A stretch of DNA of 64,000 nucleotides from the human T2T-CHM13v2.0 reference genome, Homo sapiens, in assembly GCF_009914755.1 (NCBI RefSeq), contig NC_060934.1. One strand, 5' to 3'. The notes beneath the pieces were generated by a model. The model had not been told where the DNA came from, ran no database searches, and was given only the letters and a program-made list of their open reading frames with translations. Both the position numbers and the translations under genes were made by a program. Each line of letters starts with the position of its first letter. The first letter of the stretch is position 1. Shown here one piece after another: positions 14,149 to 27,574 of this stretch.

Positions 14149-15254
14149 GACTCTCAAGTATTATCAGAACTAAACTCCAGCAACAAGTTGTGATAAATAG
14201 ATTTCTTTTCTTTTGGTGAACTGGTCTGAAGACCTAATTACCATGGATGACACAATTACTATAAGAAAGCACCTGCCCAACTTCCTAACAATTCATTTTT
14301 CAAAATATCATAGGACGGGGCTAGCTAGCTTAGAGCTTAAGAGATACAGAACCAACAATTGAAATAATCTAAGAAATTTTTAAAAGTAGGGATACAACAA
14401 TTAACAAGTGAGATTAGAAAGGGCTCAAAAAGGAAATTCTAAAATTGAGCAAATGGGGAAAAACAAAACTTGCTTGCTTTACTTTGAAATAATTTACAAA
14501 GTACGTTAATGCTAATATTTACTACATTTTTATCATCCTTTATCTCAGATAATATGTATTTAACATGAGATGAAATACACATTAAATGTATTAATTTAAT
14601 TTATCTGTTTTTATTTAAAACTTTATGCATTTGTATTAGACATATGCATATAAATATGTGCTACACTTTTTTCTGAAAGATAAATTTATACCGTGATAAC
14701 TATTGTGCCAAAATTCTAGGATTAATAAGACAAATCAAACCTACTTTTTATAGCCTTACTTACATTCTCCCATTGTATTTTAACTTTTGTAGTTTTTAGC
14801 ATTATGTGAAATCCTAAGTGAGGGTTTTTTGTGTATTTTTATTTCTGGATTTATGTATTTTATTGGAACTTTAAGTATAGTCATGATGAAAAGAAAATAT
14901 TTCCTTACTTTTTAGGCTAGCTGAGGAAGTGCTTGCTGTTTCTTTAATATTTTTCTACATAATTGGATCTATTTTAGCAGTATGAACTATTGCAGCTACT
15001 GTGAACTGAACAATAGAGGAAGGCCAATTATTCCAAAGCTGCATTTAACGGCTGCTCACCTTGCACAGATATCTCTCTTCAAAATCAACTACAATGCAAC
15101 ATGCATTTTCTGAGGAATTCAAGAGATAGGGAGATTGGCACATTTAAACAGCAGCATTTTGAAGTCTGGTGTCAGACATGAAGAATCTTGGGTCAACTGT
15201 ACTGTTATTCTGCTTCTTTGTGTTCTTGGTCAGTTGGATTCTTAACACACATAC

Positions 15255-15411
15255 TCTCTATATAAAAACATATAAATATTATACATATATAAACATAAAT
15301 ATCATATATATATATATACAAAACCAGAATATATGTATATACAAAACCAGAATATATATATATACACAAAACCAGAATGAATATATATATATACAAACAA
15401 AAACCAGAATG
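15255..15411. repeat. (TA)n-rich compound tandem repeat with 4 copies of aaaaccagaat
   Basis: Units end at 15330, 15353, 15378 and 15410, separated by (TA)n of variable length. Confidence 0.9.
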
Positions 15412-15569
15412 ATGACTAGGAAACAATAATTTTTGTTCATAAAATCTTCTATATGAGAGGCATGTTTTCATATGTCCTTGTACTCAATATCGGTGAGTTC
15501 TCCCAAAAATAGCCTGAGAACTGGCTTGAGCAAACCAAGAAAAGGATAAAACTCAACCTCTTCCTGCAA

Positions 15570-15982
15570 GTGGGTTATAAACCTAAATGTGAAAAGAAAA
15601 AATATTAAGTGAATGAATACATTGTACATATATTAGCACACTGAAATTCTAAAAATAAAAAGATGAACCAGAGGTTTTTTTGGGAAGAATCTTATAACCA
15701 CAATATGGATCAAAAAAAGCAAGGCACAAAATAATGGGTACACTATATTTCTCACTGATATAAAATAAAAAACCAGGAGAAATCATACCTTAAAGGTGAT
15801 AAAACTATAAAGAAAATGTAGAACTAGAATAGGACCACTGTAAGAATCAGGGTGGCAGTTTCCTGTAGAGTGAGAGGATTTCCACTAGAAAGACAATATT
15901 TTAAGCACATTTGTTATATATAATCATTCATGGCACTGCATATTTGAATGTTTTGCATTCTCCTGTATGTCTGTTATGTCCA
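15570..15982 (+). mobile_element. Old L1 (L1ME-type) 3' fragments
   Basis: aaggtgataaaactataaagaaa...agaatcagggtggcagtttcct...ttctcctgtatgtctgttatg plus A-rich end. Confidence 0.55.
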
Positions 15983-16063
15983 AACAAAAATATTTTAAAA
16001 AATACACCCACCAGAAAGAGAATCCTGTTGGCATGATTTTAGATTCCAAAATAAAGCAGATAA

Positions 16064-16401
<338 letters not shown>

Positions 16402-16477
16402 TGAATATAAAGCCAGTGTCATGCTAAGATCTTGAGCAGCCTCCCAGGTGTCATTGACAACCTGTATTTAATGTTAA

Positions 16478-17050
16478 ATAATAGCAGAACTTATACAAAT
16501 GAAGTACTTACTACGTCCCAGGTAATGTGCTAAGGGTCCAGCATACATTAGCTCATTTAATTCTCACATCAACCCTCACAGCTAAAGACAGTCAACCCTC
16601 CTTGGGTTCTGCATTAGTGGGTTCAACCAGCTGCTAATCAAAAATATTTGATAGAAGAAAAAAAGGATGGTTGCATCTGTATTGAACAAGTACAGACTTT
16701 TTCCCCCTCATCACTATTCCCTAAACAATACAATTTAACAACTATTTACATAGCATTTACATTGGATTAGGTATTATAAGCAATCTAGAGATGATTTAAA
16801 TTATACAGGAGGATGAGCACAGGTTATATGCAAAAACAAAGCCATTTTATATCAGAGGCTTGAGCATCCACAGATTGTGGAGTCTTTGGGGTTACTGGAA
16901 CCAATCCCCTGTGCATACCAAAGGGTGTGTCTACTATTATGGTTATTTTACAAAGAAGGGTAATGCATGTTGGTCAGGTAAGCACCTGCATACAGTGCTC
17001 AGATTGAGGAAGGAGCTGAGGTAGACTCTGACCCAGGTGGGTCTGCTGTC
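16478..17050 (-). mobile_element. MIR split by a MER2 insertion
   Basis: MIR tail 16478-16588 resumes after 16931 (actattat...ttttacaaagaagg...gacccagg). Confidence 0.65.
16589..16931 (-). mobile_element. MER2 (TcMar-Tigger MITE)
   Basis: cagtcaaccctcc...ctatttacatagcatttacattggattaggtattataagcaatctagagatg...ggaaccaatcccctgtgcataccaaaggg. Confidence 0.9.
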
Positions 17051-17168
17051 CAGTTGACTGCTGAGTTGCCATCCTATTTTACTCCTTTGTTAACCACTTA
17101 GACATCATCGCCAGTGGCAAAATCTTGAACAGACAACTATTATACAGAGGTTGGTTCGAAAAGCATGG

Positions 17169-17310
17169 CATTCATTCATTCTACAGTCATTCCTGTGCCA
17201 AGCTCTATGTTGGGTTTTGTGACTACAAAGAGGAAAATGACATCAGCCCTGCCCTCAGGGACCTGCTCCAGAACCAAGAGAGTCAGGTAAACAGACAAAC
17301 AAAACCAGCA
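17169..17310 (-). mobile_element. L2 3' end
   Basis: cattcattcattc...ctgtgccaagctctatg...ccctgccctcaggga. Confidence 0.7.
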
Positions 17311-17479
17311 GCTTATGAGTGCACTACAGTGGCGTGGGGACAAACAAATCTGGAAGAAGAAAATAGATATCAGGCAAGAGAAGCTCAGTTTTAATCAGAG
17401 CCTTTTAACCAACCAGCCCATCTCTCTGTATTACTTACTCCTTCACTTGTCTCTGATTCCCTTAGAGTGATCTGTAGCC

Positions 17480-17893
17480 TATCACTTGCTTTTCCCTAAC
17501 TGGACTCCACGTTTTTCCATTCCCAGTCTTGCCAGGTGTGATTCTTCTAAGTCCCCAACTACATCCCCACTCTTTTCTGTTCCCCTCTTCTTCCCACTTC
17601 CTCTCTCCACCCTTTTTGGCTACCTAAATCAAACCTATCCTTTACTACCTGTAACTCTCCGGATGCCCCTCACCAGAAGTGAGCACGACTTTTCCAACAC
17701 TCTTCCGTGTTTCATTCATGCCGTGTTTGCAGCCTATAGTGCAATTGACCTTGTGTTACAATTATTTACATGAATGTTTTATCTTCCTTGCTAGAGTACA
17801 AGCTCCTTCAGCCCAGAAAACATGATTAATTTGCTTTGTGTTTGTCACAAAGGCCAAGAATTGTGCCTAGAGCAAACATCGCCTTGTTGAATG
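17480..17893 (+). mobile_element. L2 3' region
   Basis: ctagagtacaagctccttcag...tgtgcctagagc...tgttgaatg. Confidence 0.6.
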
Positions 17894-18853
17894 GTATTGG
17901 ACACATAAACAGCTGAGAAGTATTTGGCAGCAACCTGACCAAACCTTTTGAGTTTGGATGGGAGTTTTGGAGCAAGGTATTCTGAATCCTATAATAATAA
18001 TAGCAATATAATCTCAAGGCATTTTTATAGTTGAGACAAATGGAATTTACAGACAGATGTTATCCATAGGCCAAAGAATACTGCTAAAATTATTTACAAC
18101 AGTATTTTTTCCTTTTGAAAGAAAAGAAAGTTATGAGGAAACATAGCTAAGTTTTTACATGGAATCCCACATGGAAAGGATGGCTAATCATCCATTGATC
18201 TATTCTCCCATGCCCATGAATTCTACCATCAGCAGTAATAATTATGGACTCTAGAAGATAATAGAAGTAAGATTTCATTCATTAGTTTATATTTGCAATT
18301 ATTTTTGCCCAGTGATGTTGAATAAAATCATTAAAATCCTTTCAATATTTTGGCTTGGAAATTTCCTCTATTTTTGTTTCTTGGTGGATTTCTCATCACT
18401 TATTACAGCTTTACTCTGTTGGAAAAAAAAAATCCAGTTAATAGACCTACAGTAGCTAGGAAATTTAATGAAAATCTATGAAAGTTTGATTATTTTTAGA
18501 GACATCTCATTGAGATTTCTTTGTTTCCTAAATGTTTAATGATAAATAGTCCCCAGGGAGCTCAACTGTGTAACTCCCTAGAAGTTCAAATTTAAAATAC
18601 TCAACCACTTCAGAGGCAAATACTCAAAAGAGAGTGAAACGCAGAAAAGATGGGGTTTTTAATGCAGGTCATTGGAATGCTAGCCTCAATTCCAAACTCC
18701 TTCTTTCTCTGATAGGATTCAAGGGTAGCTCACACAGTCTCCCTGTGGGCATTTGAGTTTTCCTTTGAGGTTTGCATCTCCTGTCTCCCCTCTCCTTAGT
18801 CTCTTGCATTACGTGGTTGTTGCCCTTGTGACAGGACAGATCAGAATTGGTCA

Positions 18854-19214
<361 letters not shown>

Positions 19215-20094
19215 TTAGTGGGGCTTTGACATAAGTGCATGTAGGGAGGGAAAAAGGCACAGCCACTACCTCAGCAGCTCCAGCCCTGGGCCTCGAGATG
19301 ACCAGGAGCATTTTCAGGATGCAACACCATTGTAAGTGGCCATCCCTGCACAAACAAGGGCCTATTGCTTTCTATGCATTTCTGCAGTCACCTCCAAATG
19401 GTTTCAATCCTGTAACCCAACAGCGAAAAAATTTGAACATGCTCCTTCCAATATATACATTTTTAAAATGTACACAAGTAATATAAGAGCAATGAGATAA
19501 AAGAGTCAATATAAACAGGAATTCTTATATTTTCTTCTAATCCCCCAAGGGATCATCTTGTAAACCCCACCTTACATAGCACCAAGCTATGGAGATCATA
19601 GCTTATTGCCTACTCTGATGCTGATTTCCTATGTATGCGCCACATACAAACTATCTAAGAAAGGGGGCCCCGTGGGGCTTATCAATTGCTGTTTCATGTG
19701 GAGCTTCCTTCCTGACAAAGCTTTCTGCCAGGCCCCCAGGAGAACTGCTGATCAGCCTTGAAAGCTTTGTGCTGTTGGGGCTCAGCCATCAATGGCCAGG
19801 GTAGCAGTAATACATTTTAGAATGGGTGCCATCTGTATGGAGGTGGCCATGGGTAACAGTCAAGACAGGGACCTGTGTGGCCCAAAGTGTGGGTGGTGGT
19901 CCTCTCCTCACAGCCATTCTTCTTGGGGTTATTGCTAGGGTCCTTGGTTAGAGAGCGTGTATTCTTCCTTTCTTGTATGATCTTCCAATCCAACGCCCCC
20001 TCCCAACCCCTCAACTGCAGAGAAACAATTTATATATTAAGTTCACAATGAAGAGCCCCTGCTACTTCTTTCATATATATGTGAAATATATATC

Positions 20095-20384
20095 TGTTTC
20101 AACACAGGGTTTCTCTATGTCACCCAGGCTGGAGTGCAGTGGCATTATGGTAGCTGACTGCAGCCTGGACCTCCTGGACTCAAGCGATCCTCCTGCCTCA
20201 GCCTCCTGAGCAGTTGGGACTACAGATGTGCACCACCGTGCCCGGCTAATTCTTTTAAATTTTTTTGTAGAGGTAGGGTCTCCCTACGTTGCCCAGGTTG
20301 GTCCCAGATTCCTGGGGTCAAGCGATCCTCCTGCCTTGGGCTCCCAAGTTGCTGGGACTACAGGTGCGAGTACCGTGCCCAGCC
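20095..20384 (-). mobile_element. AluJ, degenerate tail
   Basis: ctgcagcctggacctcctggactcaagcgatcctcc J-type arm. Confidence 0.92.
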
Positions 20385-20774
20385 CTTTTTGTAATATCCC
20401 CAGTGAAAAAGCATTCATTTAGCCTACTCTTTGTTGATAAAAGCCTGTCTTTCAAGGAAGGTAACATGAGCTTTTGGGACAAACTGGCACATCTCAGAGT
20501 GAGTCCTTTTTGCACATTAAACCTTTCACAGGGAATAGAAAGGAGACCCTCTGCCTACCTTCCCCACCTTGTCGGAGAGTTTTAGATTTCAACTGATAGC
20601 AATTATTTATCTCAGTTCCCTTTCTCCAAGAACCCATGGACATTTGTCCCAACTGTGTCTGGGGCATCTGGCAAAACATGCCTTCACAGTCTATGTGATC
20701 TGAAAGCCAAGAAGATGAGGCTGCCTCTGGGCCTCACTCCACCTGTCATGCAGAACAAAGGCTAAGAGAGAGGG

Positions 20775-21130
20775 CTCTGCAGCCACATGCCTGGGTCCCT
20801 AGTCCAAGCTCTGCCACATATTCACAGTGTGATGAGAGCAAATTACTTAATTTCTCATGCCTTGTCTTCTTCATCTATAAAACAATAGTAATAATAGTAT
20901 ATATAGGCCAGGCATGGTGGTTCATGCCTGTAATCTCAGCATTTTGAGAGGCTGAGGCAGAAAGATCACTTGAGGCCAGGAGTTTGAGACCAGCTTGAGC
21001 AAGATAGTGAGATTCCATTTCTTTAAAAAAAAAAAAGAGTACCTACGTCATAGAATTATTGTGAAGATTAATTTAATTAACATATAAATGATTACCATAG
21101 TCAGCATTGAGTACATCTTGCCTTTTATTG
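20775..21130 (+). mobile_element. MIR interrupted by a FLAM
   Basis: MIR core ends aataatagta and resumes gtacctacgtcatagaattattgtgaagatta after the FLAM. Confidence 0.8.
20906..21036 (+). mobile_element. FLAM
   Basis: ggccaggcatggtggttcatgcctgtaatc... single monomer plus A-tail. Confidence 0.9.
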
Positions 21131-21299
21131 TCTAAAGGGAGTAATTTACCTTGTGATATTTTGGACTCTTGGGGCTTATTATGATTATTTCTGAAACAAT
21201 TGAACAGGAAGAAGTATGCCTCTTGGTTTTATTACCTGTGAAACTCACAACCAGCAAGTCTGGGTCTGTCTTGTTCACTACTCTATCCTGAGTCCCTGT

Positions 21300-21420
21300 G
21301 CTGTAGGTACTATTATTACAGCCATTTTACAGATATGGAAAAGGCATGAAGAATTAAGTGATTTGCTCATGTCACACTGTGAATACTTGGCAGAGCTTGG
21401 ATTAAGGACCCAGGCAGCCC
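21300..21420 (-). mobile_element. MIR fragment
   Basis: gtaggtactattattacagccattttacagat...ttaagtgatttgctcatgtcacac. Confidence 0.75.
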
Positions 21421-21584
21421 TGGTATAATGGAGACATTGGATAAATATCAGTTATTGATTTAGAAAATATTAGGAAATGTAATTACATAAAAATAAGTGT
21501 TCTCCAAGGTATTTCAGTAAGTTTTTATTTGCTGAAAGAAAATTCTTTGACATTCATAGACTCTGGGAATGTGATCACTTCCGT

Positions 21585-21800
21585 TTATTGAACGTCACTC
21601 ACTAGCAATAGATCTTACATGCATTAACTTAATCTTTTATAACATCCTTAGAATTAGATATGAGCAATCACAGTTTGCAGATGAGAAACTGAGCATCACA
21701 GAAACTGTGACCTGCATGGAGATCACAAAGCATTCGGTGGCAGAAAGGGGATTTGCACCAGGGCTCCGTGCTCCTAAATTTGTGCTTTTCTGCTGATCTA
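21585..21800 (-). mobile_element. MIR
   Basis: ttgcagatgagaaactgag...gtggcagaaaggggatttgcacc. Confidence 0.7.
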
Positions 21801-23185
21801 TTTCCACGGTGGTGAGGACAGCTCTGAGAGAGGGCTACTATAGTTCCTCAAGCATCCAGAGCCTCAAGACTAAAGACTCACTCTGCAAACGAGGGTCCTT
21901 AGGCTTTCTAGACCTGTCACATAAGCCATCTAACTGTCATTCAGTTCTTAAATTGGCCATCAGTAACTGACATTTATCTGATTAAGAGGCAGACAAATTC
22001 CTGTACTAAATTCTAGTGCTTGATAAAGTTTCCACCATAAAGCTTGTCTTGTTTGATATTTCTTCCTTTTAAAAAATAAAGAATCCTTATACCCTGGGAA
22101 AAGGATAATTAAAAATTAAAATTAAAAAAATGCAGACTCTAATTGACAGAGTTTGGAAGAATGATCAAGAACTTGAAGGTATATACTGGGGAGCCAGAAG
22201 GAAAGTTGGAATGAGTGTGGAAATGGGAGCAGTTGATTTCTAGCTTTTGTCATCTGCAAGAGGAGTTAAGGCCTATTTACCTTTGAAACCAAAGGGGAGT
22301 TTGCAAGAAGCATTATTTAATGCTTTAAAAAATAGGTTTTTAAATAATTAAGATAAAGGCTAAAAATAGCTAGATAATAAAGCTTTTAAATATTTCACCA
22401 TAGTATATTGCTAACATGACTTACATTTCAGACTGTGTCCTGATTTTGGATATTTTGCATTTCTGCAGGTTACTTTTTAGATCACTAATCAAAATTAAAT
22501 AATGCCTACTCTTAGTTAAAATGATAATTTTTCATAGGCTGCAAAGAGAATGGCAATCTTAAAAATAAATGCTTTTGTTCTAAATGAATTCTTTCTGAAA
22601 TAATTTGCTTATGTGAGTAATTTGTAGAGATAGTTATGATAGAAGGGTTATGACTAGAAGTAATGGGATGAAATGAAGTAGCAAAAAATTTGGGATGAAA
22701 TTAGAAAAGTAAGAAAAAATTAACAAAAAAAAAAGAAAAATAAGGTTTTAAGCTTTTAGACTGTGTGAAAGTCTTCTTGGAGAATAGGAAAAAGTCCTGG
22801 CTATTCAAAATATTAGTTAAGCCTCAACATGATGATGAGGGTGTTCATTCAGCAGGAAACATCCCAGTGCTTTGTAAACACCAAGATTATTCTCAAGCAT
22901 GCTTCTAATGTTATCCCATAAATCCAGAGCAGGTACAATATTGGTGTCTGTGAGTAAACACTGAATTTTAATTCCATCCCAAGTGATTATTCCCCAGAGT
23001 AATTTTCTTTAGAGGGATAAACTATCTGACCCTATCTACTTGGAGGCAAGGGAATGTTTGTCTTGAGGAGTTATGATCTGATCTATTCTGGAGCTGCAGA
23101 ACTGAAGGTGGGAAACAAGCTCTCTGGGTGAATCTGGTTAAGGTTCTCTTGATGACAGTCCTTAAGTCACAAAAACATACCACCA

Positions 23186-23492
<307 letters not shown>

Positions 23493-23499
23493 CTACTAC

Positions 23500-23610
23500 C
23501 AACCCAGATACCAGTGTGGGTCTCATTCGGTTTATCTAGGCATTTTTCTTAGCACAGTTTTTGTAAGTTCTCCAGGTGGTTCTAAAGCATAGCCAAGACT
23601 GAGGACCACC
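23500..23610. mobile_element. MER5A-like hAT fragment
   Basis: aagttctccaggtggttctaaagcatagccaagactgaggaccac matches a MER5 terminus. Confidence 0.55.
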
Positions 23611-23987
23611 ACCAGAACTGCTGAGACTTATTTACAAACCATCTCTTACCTGCAGTACAAACCTGCCTCTGCTCTCCTGATTCTTGTGAGCCTTTGATTA
23701 CCGTCTGTGCAGTTTTCCCTGTATTCAAGAAAGATGGGCTATAATGCCAAAGTTCTTAAGCCTTTTAGTTCCTTGTGGCTTGGAGAATCTAACAAAAGCA
23801 ATAGACCCTCTTCCAGGAAAATGCACCTTATCTTGGATATAATTTAAGCATCACTTAGAATCCCTGAATCCCATCTCTAAAAGCACAGATTAAAGTCTCT
23901 ATCTTATCTAGATAATGTCAGAAACCAGATGCTCCTATTCTTCTTTAACTTGAGTTGTTGCTTCTAAAACCTGTGCCTGAGCACAGG

Positions 23988-24346
23988 TGATATGGTTTGG
24001 CTCTGTTTCCCCACTCAAATCTCATCTTGAATTGTAATCCTTGTAATCCCCATGTGTTGAGGGAGGGAAGTGATTGGATTATGGGACGGTTTCCCCCATG
24101 CTGTTCTCATAATAGTGAGTTAATTCTCACGAGATCTGATGGTTTTACAAGCGTCTGACATTTCCTCTGCATGTTCTTCTTCTTCTGCTGCCTTATGAAA
24201 AAGGACGTGTTTGCTTCCCCTTCCATGATGATTGTAAGTTTCCTGAGACCTCCATAGCCATGCAGAACTGTGAGTCAATTAAACCTCTTTTTTAATAAAT
24301 TGCCCAGTCTCAGGCAGTTCTTTATAGTGGTGTTAAAACTAATACA
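23988..24346 (+). mobile_element. THE1 (C/D-type) MaLR solo LTR
   Basis: tgatatggtttggctctg...actaataca, TG..CA ends, perfect 5-bp TSD acagg (23983-23987, 24347-24351). Confidence 0.93.
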
Positions 24347-24452
24347 ACAGGAGACAAGTGCATTTGTCATGTCCTTTCATAAAGAAGTTGAAGAGATCAC
24401 TGGTAAAGCCCCATGCTGTAGTCTATTGGTGGGGCTGTTAAAAAGTTGTTTG

Positions 24453-24761
<309 letters not shown>

Positions 24762-26343
24762 CTAGAGCTCTAGAGGTACAGGGACAAGAATATAGTAATT
24801 CAAAACCAGAGCATAATTCCAACAGTGCAACCCCATAAAGGTTACAGAAAGATGCATTGGGATGATTTATTTAGGTTTGGGTGACCAGAAACAATCTCAG
24901 TGGCAGAGTAGATGAGATTAGCTTGATTGGTTTAGTTGGTGTTCATCCACGCAACAGGGAGAGAGTGGATGGACATTACAGGGGCCACTGTGGAAACAAC
25001 CACAGTCAACACAGGTTCTCTCTGGTTACGCTGTGGCAGCTCTAGAACATGTTATATTAACTGCATGTTTTTGGATCTCTTGACTTCACTGGCATGTCCA
25101 CATCTCTAAAGCAGTGGTCATCATTTTATCAGGAAACTCCACACATGCATCTAAGTTCAAGCACCCTTTTTCTTATTGTTTTTCTATCATTGAATGATTT
25201 TCCATCTAAAATTTAAGAAACTGTATAATCAGTATAAATGGGCTTGTCTTATGGCAATTTATACACAATTTAGTATTAAGACACATTTGAAACTGGATGG
25301 TATTGTTTTGTGTTGCTTAATAGAGAAATTGGTTTGAATCATAGCTCCTCTAAGTATTCTTCTGAACTGAGATTTTTTTTCTATCGTGAAGGAGAAAGAA
25401 ACAATGTCATCTTTAATCCCAAGACATATTCTTCAGTTTATTTGTTTGAAACATTTAGATTTGTTTGTTTTTTGGTCTTTTCTACTTGGAAGCACTCAAA
25501 GTTAGAAAATCCAGATGAAATGAATGATAGTCTTAAAACATGACTTAGAGTTACAGAATTTGTTTAAATCATTAACTACAGTAGATGGTGGAAAGTAATT
25601 AACTATGAACACCTTCTCCCAAAGAAAATAGGCCCAGTTTATGAATGAGTTCTGCAAAACTTTTAAGAGCAGATAATTATTATTATAAACTGTTGAAGAA
25701 TATCAGAAAAGTAGAGGATCCTTTGTTTACTCTATATAGCTAGCATATCCCTGAGAACAAGAATGACACTCAAAGGGAAATTATAATTCAATTTGAGAAT
25801 ATAAATGCAAGTATACAGATTAAATATTAATAAATCAAATCTAGTGGTATATTAAAAATGCATGATGAAAAAATAGGTTTCATCTCATGAATAAAAAGGT
25901 GGTTCAACAATACAATTCATATTAATCAAATTCTCTACGTTAACAAATGAAAATGGGCCAAATTCAATCTTCAATGGGGAAAATCATTTAAAACATTCTT
26001 TGTAAACTAAAAGTAGAAGAGAACTCCCTTAAATCCCACAATAAACCTGAGTTTCATCCTCGGGAGCCATCTCCACTATAATTGGTAAAAAGGCAAAGAT
26101 AACCACTATAACTGTCACCAGGTAATGTTTTATGAAGGTTCATATAAATCAATAAAAAACATCAGGTAAATAATCTGGAAAACTATTGTGACTTACAAGA
26201 AAATTAACAAATGTGGTTGCAAACAAGGACATACAAAATTGATGGCATCTACAATTACTTGTTAGAAAATAAAATGAATAAAATAATGCCATTTGCAATT
26301 AGCAACTCATCCCTAAAAGACCTAATAAGAAATGTTAGAACTA

Positions 26344-26634
26344 GGCTGGGCGCGATGGCTCAAACCTGTAATCCCAGCACTTTGGGAGGCCGAGGTGGGC
26401 GGATCACCTGAGGTCAGGAGTTTGAGACAAGCCTGGCCAACATTGCAAAACCCCGTCTCTACAAAATACAAAAATTAGCCAGGTGTGGTGGTGGATGCCT
26501 GTAATCTCAGATACTCAGGAGGCTGAGCAGGAGAATCTCTTGAACCTGGGAAGTCGAGGTTACAGTCAGCTAAGATCGCACCACTGCACTGCAGCGTGGG
26601 CGACAGAGCAGGACTCTGTCTTAAAAAAAAAAAA
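26344..26634 (+). mobile_element. AluS (Sx-like)
   Basis: ggatcacctgaggtcaggagtttgagac; degenerate TSD. Confidence 0.95.
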
Positions 26635-27421
26635 AGGAATATTAGGACTATATTAATAAAATTAAACATACAGAACATAAGTCAAAGCGTGTGTGTCCTG
26701 GATGGGAACATCTAACATTATTAGGACATAAACCTGTTTTAAAGTTACTGATAAATTAAATACAACCCTAATCAAAATTCCATCAGAATTTTTGTTAGAA
26801 ACCTGAAGTTTATTCTAAAGATCACATGAAAGAGGCAAATGCACAACAGTAACAAAGACATTTATGAAAAAGAACACAAGGGGTGGGGCTTCCCTGCCAG
26901 GCAGGAAAACATACCATAAACCTGTAGTAAATAAAACAGTGAGGCAGCAGCTCAGAAATAGACATAGTGATCAGTGAGACCCAAAGAGGCCAGAGGCAGC
27001 CTCTTGCAAAAGCAGGGAGTTAGTTTTGTCACACGCAGCCTTTCAAATCTGAGATAAAGAGGGGACAACTTAGTAAATGATTACTGGATAATTTCCCACA
27101 CATTTGAAAAAACAGTCACTATATCTGTTATAGAGCACTAGAGTCACTGTAAAGTTCTTATATGTTTGCAAGAGATGGATTTAAGAAAAGACTAAAATCC
27201 TTTTGGAGGGTAATTTGTTACTACAAAGATTAGAAAACAACATTACAAAGCAAAATTATAAAATGATTAGAAAAAATATAGAAAAGCATTTTTATAACTT
27301 CAAGTTGAAATAGGCCTTTTTAAACAAGAAAAACATTCTAGAAATATATAATTAAATATTTTTTAAAATTAATATAAAAGAATGAAAATATGAACAATAA
27401 GATTGAGAAAAACATTTACAA

Positions 27422-27574
27422 TTTATTCAGAGACTGGTTCTCATTCTGTTGCTGAGGCTGGGGTACAGCGGCACAGTCATGCTCTCTGTAACCTTGAACT
27501 CCCTGCCTCAAGCAATTCTCCCATCTCAGCCTCCCAAAGTACTGGCATTACAGGCATGAGCCACTGTGCCTGGC
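27422..27574 (-). mobile_element. FRAM/FAM Alu monomer
   Basis: Single monomer with right-arm-type body and cccaaagtactggcattacaggcatgagccactgtgcctggc end. Confidence 0.8.

Noticed and set aside
15169-15471. ORFs rich in I/Y on both strands
   Set aside because: Translation of a (TA)n compound repeat
19400-19590. Possible hAT-type MER fragments (also ~7950-8040, ~23750-23890, ~54255-54340)
   Set aside because: Too degenerate to assign family or boundaries by eye
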